IMG/VR virus record: IMGVR_UViG_3300025030_000109
Span: 1-61,372 of that record
DNA from: a virus
Lineage: Duplodnaviria > Caudoviricetes
DNA: 61,372 bases
Reading direction: 5' to 3' (one strand)
The notes beneath the pieces are model-generated. The model saw nothing but the letters and a program-made list of their open reading frames with translations. It did not search any database and had not been told where the DNA came from. The position numbers were made by a program, and so were the translations under genes. Shown here piece after piece: positions 8,749 to 19,243 of the stretch (the stretch's first letter is position 1; each line of letters begins with the position of its first letter).

Positions 8749-10230
8749 ATGGCGAAGACTCCCGTTTCCACATTCACGTTCGGCGGCATGAACAACGCCA
8801 GCGACCCAGCGACCGTCGGCGCACCTACTTACCAGAACCGGACCTACTCCGCCTGCGCCGACATTGTGAACTGTGATGTGGACAGCAGCGGGAACGTGAG
8901 CCGCAGGGAGGGGAGCGCCGTGGACGTCGAGGCAGCCGTCACCTCCGCGGGTCTAGGGTTCTGCGTCGTGGATGGCGCGATCAACGCCTACTCCGCAGGG
9001 GTGCTCACCCCGCTGGTGGGCTCACCCGCCGTGGCGGACGTGACCGAGTTTCTCCAGGTGAATGACATCGTGGTCTTCAGCGACGACACCACCATCGGCT
9101 ACATCAAGGACGACCTCCCGACCATCCTGAGCTCCAGCACCGAAGCCGACGACATCCTCGATCTGGAGGCGTGGGTGGCATCCACCTACCCCGCCGGCGC
9201 GGAGGTGACCGAGAGCAACATGGAGATTGACGCTTTCGCCATGTCCACGCGCCCCGGCTACTGTCTGGAGTTCTACAACGGCGCGGTCTATATGGCTCGA
9301 CAGGTGACGAACGACACAGGGGTCGCCTGGTTCGTCTTCTGCACCAAGACCTTCAACGCCGCGAAAGAGGACGACCGCTTCAACGTCGTCGCTGGTTTCA
9401 AGGACCAGATCACCATGATCAAGGCGGTCAATGACGGGATCTTTGTGGGGACCTTGGGCGGCACGTTCTTCCTCTCCGGCGACGGGGTGAAGGGGAGCGC
9501 CGAGGGCATCCGGGGCTTTACCCAGAGAAAACTGAACTCCTTCGGGGCGATCTACGGTTCCGCAGCCAAGGTCCCCGGGAAGAAAGAGAAGGGCAGCGAG
9601 ATTGTCATGTGGCTCACGGCGAACGGCGTGTATGCCGGCGGGGACGGCGGGGTCTGCGAGGATGTGTCCGAGGACCGGGCGCTGGTCCCTGCAGGGTTGA
9701 CGGCCGCGGCTTTCGTGAGGCAGACCGGGGACGACTGGCACTACGTCGTGAGCATCGCAGGAGCGGCGCTCGTGGTGACCCTGAAGACGCTGCACCACAG
9801 CCGCTACACCGGCTTCAGCTTCAACGGGTTCTTCTCCTCCGGGGGCCACTACTACGGCACGAACGCCGACGGCGTGATCCTTCTGGAGGGCGAGACCGAC
9901 TACGCTGCCAGCGCCATCGATGCCTACTTCTCGACGCCGCTCACCGACTTCGAGGCCCAGGAGCTGAAGCGCTGCGCCGATGCCTACCTGCAGGTCAGGA
10001 CCTCGGGCGACATGGCGCTGGACCTTTACGTCGACGAGGCGGAGGTGGCCGTGGACATACCGTTCGATGGCCCGTTCCAGATCGAGACCGGGCTGCGGCA
10101 TTTGCGGGCGAAGCTCCCCCGGGGCGCCAAAGGCTCCAGCTGGCAATTCAAAATCAAGAATGTGGACGGATGCCGGTTCACGGCGTTTTCCCTCAAAGTT
10201 CCGCCTGTTGTCTCAGGGCGTACCATCTAG
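8749..10230 (+). CDS. Tail nozzle/tubular protein (beta-propeller type)
   Basis: N-terminal FGGMNN...NCDVDSSGNVSRREG motif typical of podovirus tail/stabilisation proteins. Confidence 0.6.
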   Translation: MAKTPVSTFTFGGMNNASDPATVGAPTYQNRTYSACADIVNCDVDSSGNVSRREGSAVDVEAAVTSAGLGFCVVDGAINAYSAGVLTPLVGSPAVADVTEFLQVNDIVVFSDDTTIGYIKDDLPTILSSSTEADDILDLEAWVASTYPAGAEVTESNMEIDAFAMSTRPGYCLEFYNGAVYMARQVTNDTGVAWFVFCTKTFNAAKEDDRFNVVAGFKDQITMIKAVNDGIFVGTLGGTFFLSGDGVKGSAEGIRGFTQRKLNSFGAIYGSAAKVPGKKEKGSEIVMWLTANGVYAGGDGGVCEDVSEDRALVPAGLTAAAFVRQTGDDWHYVVSIAGAALVVTLKTLHHSRYTGFSFNGFFSSGGHYYGTNADGVILLEGETDYAASAIDAYFSTPLTDFEAQELKRCADAYLQVRTSGDMALDLYVDEAEVAVDIPFDGPFQIETGLRHLRAKLPRGAKGSSWQFKIKNVDGCRFTAFSLKVPPVVSGRTI

Positions 10231-10239
10231 GAGGTAAAC

Positions 10240-11487
10240 ATGCGGACAGTCACGAATTACGGTGATCCCGTCAAAGGCGCGGACGGGATCGCAAAGAGCG
10301 GGGTGGCGGTCACATTCCAACTGGTTGACGAAGCGAAGCGCCAACCAGTTGTCCTTTTCGATGCGGACGACGGGGACCTCATCGTCGGGGATGTGATTAC
10401 CGCAACCACCAACGGGACGGGTGTCTTCACTGTCAGCCTCTGGGAGAACAACAAGGGCGAGGTGGCAACCTGTTACAAGGTGCGCTATGCAGCAGGCGTG
10501 GCAGGCGTCTCAGCCAAACCGTTCTACATCAAGGTGAACGAGGGGGAGACAGACTTGACCCTGCTGGAAGCCCGGACCACCATGGCTGCCATCCAGCCGC
10601 AGACCCTATCCCTGTTCTCTGCGCTGCTCACAGCGATCAGCGAGGCAGTAGCGCTCGTCACCACAACCACGAACGGGATCATGTCCTATGTGGATAAGGT
10701 AAAGCTGGACACCATCAGCACCACAGGCGGTAACACGACGCTGACGGGCCCCCTTGTGTACGGCGGCATCGGGCTGCAAGCGGGGGCGCTCGCCAACCAC
10801 GCCACGTTCAGAAACATCTCCGCAGACACCGCATCCAGAGTGTACATCATGCCGAAAGGGGCACCGGCAGGGACCGCCTCGGCGTTCAAGATCTTCGGCA
10901 CGGACTACGAGGCCGACTCGGTGAACTACCGGGATTTCGGGTTTTACTACGACGCCACGGCGCAGAAGTTCTACCTGAACGGCAAGGCCAACGGCACTTT
11001 CAGCAACGTCCCTCTGGCTTTCGCGTTCCAGGATGGAGCCTACGTCGCGGGTGAGATTTTCAAATACACGGCATCAGATGCATCGGTCGTCGCAGCTTTT
11101 GCACTCGGAGGCGCAGCGGTGACGCACGGCGCCATGTACTCCGGCGTGGGTACGTACTTCGAGAAGGACGCAGCTTTCGCCAACGGAAAGATGTTGCGCT
11201 GGTATAGGGCGGACGACACATCAGCGGCTACAGGCATCAGGTTCACCGCAAGCAACGATCTGGAATTCCTGATCGACGGCACCGTGCGCGGGAAGTTCAC
11301 CGCTGCCGGCAACCTCACAGTGGGAGGTACGGTCACCGTAGGGCAGCTCGCACTGGCGGCGCTGAACGAAGCGCCAGCATCGGCCTCGGCCGCAGGTACC
11401 GCGAGGGAGATCCGTGTTACTGCGAACTATGTGTATGTTTGCATCGCCACAGATACCTGGGTGAGAGCCGCGCTGACAACCTGGTAA
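10240..11487 (+). CDS. Tail fibre protein
   Basis: GIMSxxDKxKLD motif and C-terminal YVYVCIATDTWVRAAL fibre motif. Confidence 0.7.
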   Translation: MRTVTNYGDPVKGADGIAKSGVAVTFQLVDEAKRQPVVLFDADDGDLIVGDVITATTNGTGVFTVSLWENNKGEVATCYKVRYAAGVAGVSAKPFYIKVNEGETDLTLLEARTTMAAIQPQTLSLFSALLTAISEAVALVTTTTNGIMSYVDKVKLDTISTTGGNTTLTGPLVYGGIGLQAGALANHATFRNISADTASRVYIMPKGAPAGTASAFKIFGTDYEADSVNYRDFGFYYDATAQKFYLNGKANGTFSNVPLAFAFQDGAYVAGEIFKYTASDASVVAAFALGGAAVTHGAMYSGVGTYFEKDAAFANGKMLRWYRADDTSAATGIRFTASNDLEFLIDGTVRGKFTAAGNLTVGGTVTVGQLALAALNEAPASASAAGTAREIRVTANYVYVCIATDTWVRAALTTW

Positions 11488-11500
11488 GGGGAGGCGCACT

Positions 11501-14500
11501 TTGAAAATAATCAACGCCAGCGATGCACCCCTGACCGGAGCAGTCGTCGCTCAAGCGCAGAGGCTCCACGCTGCGGCGAAGCTCCTTGTCACGCGCCCCC
11601 TGAAGAAGATAACAGCACTCGCCTCCGACATCGGCGATGTCTTCATCTTCGTGGCGCGCCTCGGCGCCACCGAGTCCTCCGACCAGGTTCTGGTCCTCAA
11701 GTCCGGATACCCCTTCAAAATTGTCTCCGCCGGCAACGACGAGGTGAACGGCCCCTGGCTCACCTGGGAAGGTGGCATTGCACCGTTCCAGGTGCAACTC
11801 TGCTACCGCGACCCGGAGTTCGGCGATTACACCTACCCCATGTCGGATTACGTGGTGAACGTGGAAGCCAACCTCATGGACGCTGCGGGGAACCTGGAGC
11901 TCGGGCAGACCTACTACATGACCAAGCTCGTCGAAGAGGACCCCTGGTGGGCGGACGACCTTGAGGGTGAGCAGCCACAAGACCGCATAGGACTGCTGAT
12001 AACTGATGACACTGGGCGGCAGCTGTTCGCCCCCTTCACACCGGCGGACACAGACCCGCTTTCCGCGGTCTATACGCAGTACGGTCCGCCCCCGACCTGC
12101 ACGCCGATTGTCCAGTGGGCAGACCCCGCAGACATCCTGGGCGGCGCGCCGCTCACGGAGTTGGAACTGAATGCAGCGGTGAAGATCCCCGGCACAAGCA
12201 CCGACCTTCCTGGTGTCTTCACCTACGACCCGCCCCTGACCACGGTGCTGGCAGCCGGTCCGCACACGCTGTCTGTCACCTTCCAGGCGACAGATGCGAC
12301 TCACTACCTCCCCGCAGTAGCCACGGCCACACTTGTCGTAGGCAAGTCCGCGCAGACGATCACCGTCACAGAAGACCACTGGATCGGGGTAACAGGGGTG
12401 CCCTACACCGGGGAGACCCCGGACACGCCGCTGGTCGGCAACACCTCGCACGGCAGCCACGGGGATGACCTCTTCGTGGGCGGCACGGGGAGGATCCAGG
12501 CGCACTGTACATCCGGTCAGGCGGTCAACTATTTCTCCTCGAACCCTGAAGTGGCAACCATCGACATCCTCTCCGGTGACGTGACGCTTATCTCCCGCGG
12601 CGAGGCGGACTCCGGGGTCTCGTTCCACATCGTAGCACCTGAGAACGACGCATTCTTCGAGGCGACCTACGACGGGCAGACCCACAACTTTGCCTTGCTG
12701 CAACTCGACCCCTCGGACATCACCTTCACAGTCGACTCCCCCATAGAGTACGGCGAGCCGCTTGCCGTGACGACCAGCGCCCCGATTGCGGGGGCGTGGG
12801 ACATCGACCCTGTGGAGGGGACGATCCTGGATGTGACCACGACCATCCCGCACTCCATCACCGGCATATTCACGCCGGAGGACATCGAGAACTACGCTAC
12901 GAACCAGGAGTTCGACGTGGACCTCGACGTGACAGCGGCCACGCCGGTCATCACCTGGGCGCCGCTCGACATGGTATACGGTGACCTGTTCGGTGACACG
13001 ATCATGAACGCCGTCGCCACCAACCCGCACACCGGCCTCGTGGTCGCAGGGGACTACGTCTACGCCATCTACGCCAGAGAGAACGTGCTCGCAGCAGATG
13101 GCACCACGTCTGCGGACAACACCGGCGCCGACCTGATCGTGGATTTCACGCCGACAGGGCTGAACGCAGCGAACCATACAACAGCTACAGCCACCCGCTC
13201 ACTCGTCATGGGGACCCGCGGCGTGACTGTCCAGGCGATTGCGACCAGCAAGACCTACGGCGAATTAGACCCTGTATTCACCTACACCGCCACAGGGTTC
13301 ATCGACGGGGAAATAGCAGCAGACAACCTGACGGGGTACTTGGCGCGGACTTCCTCGACCTCGGAAGGTGTCGGGACTTACCAGATAACCATCGGCACGT
13401 TGGCAGGGAATCAAAACTACCACATAGCGACCTTCGTGGGTGCGGACTTCAACATCGTGCCCGGGAACCGCAACCCCGTGCTGACGTCCCTGGTGAAGAC
13501 CAGCGGCAACTACAGGGGGGACTCTATCGTCCTTACGGCGACAGCCTCTGATCCCGAGAGTGACCCGATCACCTACACCTGGTCCTACTCTTTCGGAGGC
13601 TCGGCCTACACGGGAGTCAACGACGGGACCAACGTCGGAGGCTTCACGCCGTCGCTGCCCGGGACCTACATCTGCACGGTGTCAGTGAGCGACGGCAACT
13701 CCGTCTATACCCACGTCAAGTCCTTGAGCGTCGTGGTGCTGAACCGCACGTCCGCAGCCAACTTCACCTCCTCGCATGTGGGGGAGTGGCTTGTCGGAGA
13801 CACCACGACCCTGACCAACACGACGCCGGCCGATCCCGACGGGGACAGCCAGACCTTCGCTTTCACTGTGGAGTCCTGCCCCCCGGAGGGTGACCCCTAC
13901 GGGACCATAGTGGAGGTGAGCGCAGGGGTCGCTACATTCTCCCCTGATGCCGCCGGGGAGTGGATCATCAAGCTGACCGTGACGGATGCCGTCGGCGGAG
14001 TCTCGTCGGCAACAACCACTGTCACTGCGGCGGTCGGCGCGGCTTCGCTTACCTGGGCTACCATCGGGGGCATGACCTACGGCGACCGGCTCGATGCCTC
14101 CAGGCTGACCGCGACGACGGGCGTGGCGGGGACTTTCGTTTACAAGGTCGGCGGGGTCACAGTGGCCTCCGGCGCGGCCGGGGCGCTCACCTTCTACCCC
14201 TCGGGCGGGTTCCTCCCGTCGGTCGGGAGCGTGACGGTGGACGTGGAGTTCACTCCCACCAATCCTTGGGAATCCGACTACGCCTCGGACTCGCAGACTG
14301 TCACGGTGTCGAAGAAGGCGTTGACGGTGACTGCGACAGGGACGAGCCGGTACTACACCGGCACCGTTTTCTCCGGCGGTTTCGGCGTAAGCTACTCGGG
14401 GCTCATTGCTGGAGAGCAGTTCTACTCCCTGAGCGGATCGCTGGTCTACGGCGGCACATCCCAAGGCGCCAGCGACCCCGGCACCTACACCATCGTGCCG

Positions 14501-16636
14501 TCCGGGCTCACCAGCGTGAATTACCAGATCACCTTCGTCGCGGGGGCGCTCACCATCCTGCGCGGCACCGCTTCAGCAGGTGCGGCCTTCTCCCTGCCGC
14601 CGTTCGTGGTGGCCGGCGTCGCCTTGGGCAGTGTCCTTGCCGACGCCTCAAGCGCCAGCGTCGCAGGGAGTTGGGCCTACATGGGCGAGACGGGCGCACT
14701 TACATCGGCATCGGTCCTCGCCAAGGACACGGGGTACGCTGTAGATGCGACGTTCACACCCACGTCGAACCTCTACGCCGTCGTCACCCTCACAAGCGGT
14801 TTCGTCGTCAAAGGAGTTCCAGTCATCACCTGGGCAACCCCTGAGCCGATCACCTATGGCACCAGGCTCTCTGCAGTGCAGTTGAACGCTTCCTGCAACG
14901 CCGCAGGGACTTTCACTTACGACCCGCCGACCGACACCATGCTCGGGGCGGGAGAACACGCGCTTGCCGCCTACTTCACGCCCTCCGACCCGACGAACTG
15001 GACGGATGCGACCGACGGGGTGTGGCTCACCGTAGGCAAGGCGGTGCCAGCTTTCACCTTCACCATCACCGTGCCGAGCATCCTGGTCGGCGCCTCGCTG
15101 GTGTGGAAGTACGCGCTCGACAACCCGATGGGCGGCCCTGTCACCTACCGGCTTGACTCTGAGGTAGGCGAGGTCATAAGCATCGATGATTACATTTTTA
15201 CGGTGCCTGACAGCGGCCGGTGGGTGTTCGCACTGCGGGCTGAGACCAACGACTTTCTCGCGGCAACCTCGTCGGACGGCGTGGAGATCCTCGCCCCTGC
15301 GGAGCTTTCTTGGGCAACCCCTGCACCGATCACCTACGGCACCGCTCTCTCCGCGACGCAGCTCAATGCGACGGCGAACGTCCCCGGTGTCTTCACCTAC
15401 GACCCGCCGGATGGGACCATCCTTGATGCTGGGGAGCACGCGCTTGCAGTGACCTTCACGCCGTCGAACCCTGTCCAGCCTGCGATCTTCGGCGGCGTGT
15501 GGTTGACGGTGGATAAAGCCGTGGCCCTTGGATTCATTATCGACGTGGATAGCATCCCACTGAACAGCACCCTGGCGGGGAAGTACACCCTGGTGAACCT
15601 CTCGGGGGCGACCCCGCTGGCCTACTACCAGAAGTCGAACGGGACTTGGGTGCTGTTCGACCTTGACACTTTCGTCTTCACGGAGAGCAGAGCATCCATG
15701 ACCGTGACCGTGGCGGTCTCCGCGGGGCCGAACTACACGGATACGGTGAAGAGCGACACGGTGCGCGTCGGGGGGCTGCCACAGACAATCTCCGCGATCA
15801 CGATAACCGGTGACATCGTAGATAGAAAAGGGGGAGGAGTGGGGGTCGTATCTGCGACCGCATCGTCCGGACTTGCCGTCACCTTCTCTTCGAACAGTAC
15901 CAACGTCTACTTCGGGAACTTCACAGGGGGGAATATTCTCTGCGTTGCACCTGGGACGTATACCGTATATGCGGATCAACCTGGGAACTCGACCTACGCC
16001 GCAGCCGCCAGGGTAAGCATACTGCTGACCGTCAAGAAGGCGGCGCAGCCCCTGGATTTCTCCCTGAGTCCCAGCACCGTAAGTATCGGCGGCACCTCGC
16101 AGATCACGGTAATAGAGGATGGGTACGGCACCGGGGCTCTGTCCTTCTACTCAAACGGCTCGCAGATAGCGACTGTCTCAGGCATGAGGGCGACGGGGCA
16201 GAGCGCGGGCAGCGTCTGGATCACCATGCTGAAGCAGGCGGACGTGACCTATGAGGCGGTTGCCATGGCTCACCTTTTGACTGTCACATCTGCGGCAGAC
16301 CCCACTGGGGGAGGCGGCTGGACAAGAGTGTGGACCAGTGCGAATCAAGACTACAGCAATGACTACTTCTACTCCATCGACCCTGTGACGGCTGCACCGC
16401 TCGCAGACGGCGCACCCCCCATAGCTATTGTATCCCCGGACGGTCTCTGGAGAGTAGGTATGCTCGGGATTCAGGGCGGCACGGAGTGGTACAGCGCCAA
16501 CTGCGGCAGCACCTTCGCACAGATGAATGCGGCCGTCGGGATGAACTTCTCCAGCGCGTCATTCCCGAACATATTAGGCGGTGACTATGCACCCCCGAAC
16601 ACCCCGAAACTGTACTGGCTGGACCACAAAGAATAA
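11501..16636 (+). CDS. 1711-aa Ig-like/MBG/PKD multi-domain adhesin-like virion protein
   Basis: Repeated TWATPxPITYGTxLSxxQLNA modules, SKTYGxxDP MBG motif, DPESDPITYTW PKD-like motif, Big_2-like units. Confidence 0.75.
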   Translation: MKIINASDAPLTGAVVAQAQRLHAAAKLLVTRPLKKITALASDIGDVFIFVARLGATESSDQVLVLKSGYPFKIVSAGNDEVNGPWLTWEGGIAPFQVQLCYRDPEFGDYTYPMSDYVVNVEANLMDAAGNLELGQTYYMTKLVEEDPWWADDLEGEQPQDRIGLLITDDTGRQLFAPFTPADTDPLSAVYTQYGPPPTCTPIVQWADPADILGGAPLTELELNAAVKIPGTSTDLPGVFTYDPPLTTVLAAGPHTLSVTFQATDATHYLPAVATATLVVGKSAQTITVTEDHWIGVTGVPYTGETPDTPLVGNTSHGSHGDDLFVGGTGRIQAHCTSGQAVNYFSSNPEVATIDILSGDVTLISRGEADSGVSFHIVAPENDAFFEATYDGQTHNFALLQLDPSDITFTVDSPIEYGEPLAVTTSAPIAGAWDIDPVEGTILDVTTTIPHSITGIFTPEDIENYATNQEFDVDLDVTAATPVITWAPLDMVYGDLFGDTIMNAVATNPHTGLVVAGDYVYAIYARENVLAADGTTSADNTGADLIVDFTPTGLNAANHTTATATRSLVMGTRGVTVQAIATSKTYGELDPVFTYTATGFIDGEIAADNLTGYLARTSSTSEGVGTYQITIGTLAGNQNYHIATFVGADFNIVPGNRNPVLTSLVKTSGNYRGDSIVLTATASDPESDPITYTWSYSFGGSAYTGVNDGTNVGGFTPSLPGTYICTVSVSDGNSVYTHVKSLSVVVLNRTSAANFTSSHVGEWLVGDTTTLTNTTPADPDGDSQTFAFTVESCPPEGDPYGTIVEVSAGVATFSPDAAGEWIIKLTVTDAVGGVSSATTTVTAAVGAASLTWATIGGMTYGDRLDASRLTATTGVAGTFVYKVGGVTVASGAAGALTFYPSGGFLPSVGSVTVDVEFTPTNPWESDYASDSQTVTVSKKALTVTATGTSRYYTGTVFSGGFGVSYSGLIAGEQFYSLSGSLVYGGTSQGASDPGTYTIVPSGLTSVNYQITFVAGALTILRGTASAGAAFSLPPFVVAGVALGSVLADASSASVAGSWAYMGETGALTSASVLAKDTGYAVDATFTPTSNLYAVVTLTSGFVVKGVPVITWATPEPITYGTRLSAVQLNASCNAAGTFTYDPPTDTMLGAGEHALAAYFTPSDPTNWTDATDGVWLTVGKAVPAFTFTITVPSILVGASLVWKYALDNPMGGPVTYRLDSEVGEVISIDDYIFTVPDSGRWVFALRAETNDFLAATSSDGVEILAPAELSWATPAPITYGTALSATQLNATANVPGVFTYDPPDGTILDAGEHALAVTFTPSNPVQPAIFGGVWLTVDKAVALGFIIDVDSIPLNSTLAGKYTLVNLSGATPLAYYQKSNGTWVLFDLDTFVFTESRASMTVTVAVSAGPNYTDTVKSDTVRVGGLPQTISAITITGDIVDRKGGGVGVVSATASSGLAVTFSSNSTNVYFGNFTGGNILCVAPGTYTVYADQPGNSTYAAAARVSILLTVKKAAQPLDFSLSPSTVSIGGTSQITVIEDGYGTGALSFYSNGSQIATVSGMRATGQSAGSVWITMLKQADVTYEAVAMAHLLTVTSAADPTGGGGWTRVWTSANQDYSNDYFYSIDPVTAAPLADGAPPIAIVSPDGLWRVGMLGIQGGTEWYSANCGSTFAQMNAAVGMNFSSASFPNILGGDYAPPNTPKLYWLDHKE

Positions 16637-16648
16637 AGGAGAACCACC

Positions 16649-17686
16649 ATGCCTATAACAACCGCAGCACAGATAGCTGACAGTACCGCAGCGTTCATCA
16701 CGGATGCACAGGCCACGGCGAATTCCGCCATTGCTGATCTGCAGCTCGCAGCAGCCGCCTGGAGCTCGGTCACCTGGAACGCTCTGTCCCCCACAGCGCT
16801 CAACAGCTACGCCGCATTCGCCGATGCCGACGCCACCATCAAGTCCGCCCTCGCGGCCTTCGATGCGGCGCTGGATCTGATCGTCGTTCCGACCATCGGG
16901 GATGCCCCGGACCTCTCCAGTTACACGGCGGCGAAGTGGAACGACTCCACCTGGACCACGCACAAGGCGGTGATCGCGGCTTTCATAAGCGACATCACCA
17001 GCGCAGACGATCTGGACACGGCGGTGACCAAGCTGACCAGCGACACGACCAAGCTGCAGAACGCCATGTACGCCAAGGACTACGAGCGCCGCACCCAGGT
17101 GCTGCGCGACCTCCACTCGGCGGCGGACGCCTCGACGGGCGCGGCGGGCTTCACCTACCCCAACTCCATGACCACCGCCCTGAAGCTGGACGCGCAGCAG
17201 AAATTCCAGTTCGACATGAGCCAGACGGCGCGGGACCTAGTGACGTTGATGTTCAACTGGGCCAAGGACGTGGGGCAGTTTGCCATCAAGGAGGGAACCG
17301 CCGCGCACAACGCCGACGTGGATTTCAACATCCGGTACGCCGAGGCGCTGGTCCAGGTCTACGACTCCACGGTGAAGAACGTCCTGGCCGAGTTCCGTGC
17401 CACCTTCGAGCGGAAGACCACCCAGTTCGACCAAGCGGTGAAGTCTTATATGACCCGCGCCGAGGTGCTCAAGCTGAACAACTCGGCCAGCGAGGTGAAG
17501 GACAAGGTGAACGCGCAGAACTTCGGCGCACTGGTTCAGCAGCACGCAACGGATGTGTCGCAGTCCGTAGAGACGGCGGCCAGGAACGCCAAGAACAAGA
17601 TCGACGCAGCGGTCGCGGTGGTGACCGGGGCGACCAACATGGTGGCCTCCGCCAGCCAGATCTCGGTGGGCATACTGACTGCATAA
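16649..17686 (+). CDS. Putative internal virion/ejection protein
   Basis: Ala/Thr-rich helical 345 aa; AAGGAG RBS; upstream of large ejection-type genes. Confidence 0.55.
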   Translation: MPITTAAQIADSTAAFITDAQATANSAIADLQLAAAAWSSVTWNALSPTALNSYAAFADADATIKSALAAFDAALDLIVVPTIGDAPDLSSYTAAKWNDSTWTTHKAVIAAFISDITSADDLDTAVTKLTSDTTKLQNAMYAKDYERRTQVLRDLHSAADASTGAAGFTYPNSMTTALKLDAQQKFQFDMSQTARDLVTLMFNWAKDVGQFAIKEGTAAHNADVDFNIRYAEALVQVYDSTVKNVLAEFRATFERKTTQFDQAVKSYMTRAEVLKLNNSASEVKDKVNAQNFGALVQQHATDVSQSVETAARNAKNKIDAAVAVVTGATNMVASASQISVGILTA

Positions 17687-17691
17687 ATATC

Positions 17692-17720
17692 TTTACCCTT
17701 AGAGGTATTTTATGTATAGT
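17692..17720 (+). promoter_or_regulatory. Sigma70-like promoter
   Basis: TTTACC-N17-TATAGT in an AT-rich intergenic gap. Confidence 0.55.
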
Positions 17721-17746
17721 GTCAAGCATTTATGTGGAGGTGAGTG

Positions 17747-19234
17747 ATGGCTGAAACTGCGAGGTTCAACGCCCGATCCTATTTCGGACTGCCGGCGAAG
17801 CTGGACGACTATGAGACCAACCCCGAGAAGCTCGGCAATACCTCGACACTCTCCGGCGCTCTGGGCGGACTTGCCAAGGCCGGGGTGAACGGTCTGGTCA
17901 ATGCTGGGGTCCGCACTTACAACGCCGTTGCTGCCACAGGGACGCCGACTACCTCTTTCGAGGAGCGGAACGCCGCTTTCCCGGCAGCGAACGTGCGGAG
18001 GTATCAACCCCAAGGGGTCGCTCCTGCGGCCGCGGTGCTGCCTGCCGCGCCCCGACCGTCTCTCAGGATGCTGGCGTCGCACACGCCGGGGCAGACCTAC
18101 GCTCCTGCTCCCACTCCGCAGGCAGTCGCCCCTGTCGCTGCCCGACCCTCGCTCCGCAGGAGCGCCGCAGCCGCTCCGCTTGCGGGCAACCCTCCGGACC
18201 CCCCACAGGATCTCACGGCGCAAACCCCGACCTTCCGCCCTACGATCACCGAGCAGACCGATGCGTCCGGGGTGGTCCCTGCTGACTGGCAGGCGCGGCA
18301 GGCTCCGACCGGAGGCCCTGCGGGGTACTCCGCCGATGGGACCAACGGAGGCTTCGGCTTCACGAGGAATGCGGACGGCACGGTGGATCGCATGTTCACC
18401 CTGCGGCAGAGGACGGCAGCAGAGGATCTCGCCTCGCCCCGCGAGGTCCAAGCGGAGGCGGCACCCGCAGTGGTCGATATGTCCCCTGGGTCTCAGGGAG
18501 CGTGGGAGCGGGAGCAGAGGAACGCCGCGCTCACCGAAGGGGTCTGGTCCCCGAGAGCAAGAGCCAAGATCATCCAGGACCAGCAGGCTCTGGACGAGAC
18601 CGGGGCGAACAATCTGAGGACCAACAGGGTGAGCCAGCAGAACGCCGACTCGCTGACGAGTCACTATCGGACGACTGACAAGAGGACCGAGGCGCTGCTC
18701 CCCGGGGAGCAGGAGATCCAGGGTTCCGCCCTTGCAACGGCGAGGCAGAGCAGGCTTAGTCAGGCGCAGAAGGACGCCCTCGAACTCGCAGGTTTCCCGG
18801 TGGAGCAGGCCGAGAAGATCGCTCGGACGGGGTACTACCGGAAGCAGGGGGACGCCGTGGCGGCGAAGGCCGACAATGATGTGGTGCTGGAGAAGCAGCG
18901 CATGATCGAGGAGGGGAAGCTGAAGGCGCTGGAAGCGAAGAACAACTCCCCGACCCTGAAGGCTGACGCCGCCTTCGCGGAAAGCCTCGCACCCGCCACA
19001 GGACTCCTCCCCTCCGAAGCGGCCGCAGCCGTCAAGGGTGGTTACCGGAAGGTGCAGAAGGCGAAGTCTCGGTGGTTCGGTCCAGATCAGAAGGCGGGGC
19101 TTGTCAACGATGTGGGGCAGCTTTACGATCCCGCAGCGCCTGCTTTACCTGCGGGGTACCGCGCCTCCGGCAAGCTCACCCCCGACGGGCGCCCGATCCT
19201 GCTCGACGCCAAGGGCAACAAGTTCGTCCAATAA
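17747..19234 (+). CDS. Putative internal virion/ejection protein
   Basis: Low-complexity Ala/Pro/Gln-rich ~495 aa; GGAGGTG RBS. Confidence 0.55.
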   Translation: MAETARFNARSYFGLPAKLDDYETNPEKLGNTSTLSGALGGLAKAGVNGLVNAGVRTYNAVAATGTPTTSFEERNAAFPAANVRRYQPQGVAPAAAVLPAAPRPSLRMLASHTPGQTYAPAPTPQAVAPVAARPSLRRSAAAAPLAGNPPDPPQDLTAQTPTFRPTITEQTDASGVVPADWQARQAPTGGPAGYSADGTNGGFGFTRNADGTVDRMFTLRQRTAAEDLASPREVQAEAAPAVVDMSPGSQGAWEREQRNAALTEGVWSPRARAKIIQDQQALDETGANNLRTNRVSQQNADSLTSHYRTTDKRTEALLPGEQEIQGSALATARQSRLSQAQKDALELAGFPVEQAEKIARTGYYRKQGDAVAAKADNDVVLEKQRMIEEGKLKALEAKNNSPTLKADAAFAESLAPATGLLPSEAAAAVKGGYRKVQKAKSRWFGPDQKAGLVNDVGQLYDPAAPALPAGYRASGKLTPDGRPILLDAKGNKFVQ

Positions 19235-19243
19235 GGAGCTACC

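Noticed and set aside
14826-15470. Possible DGR template/variable repeat pair
   Set aside because: Both copies are in-frame domains of one gene, differences are not adenine-specific, and no reverse transcriptase is present
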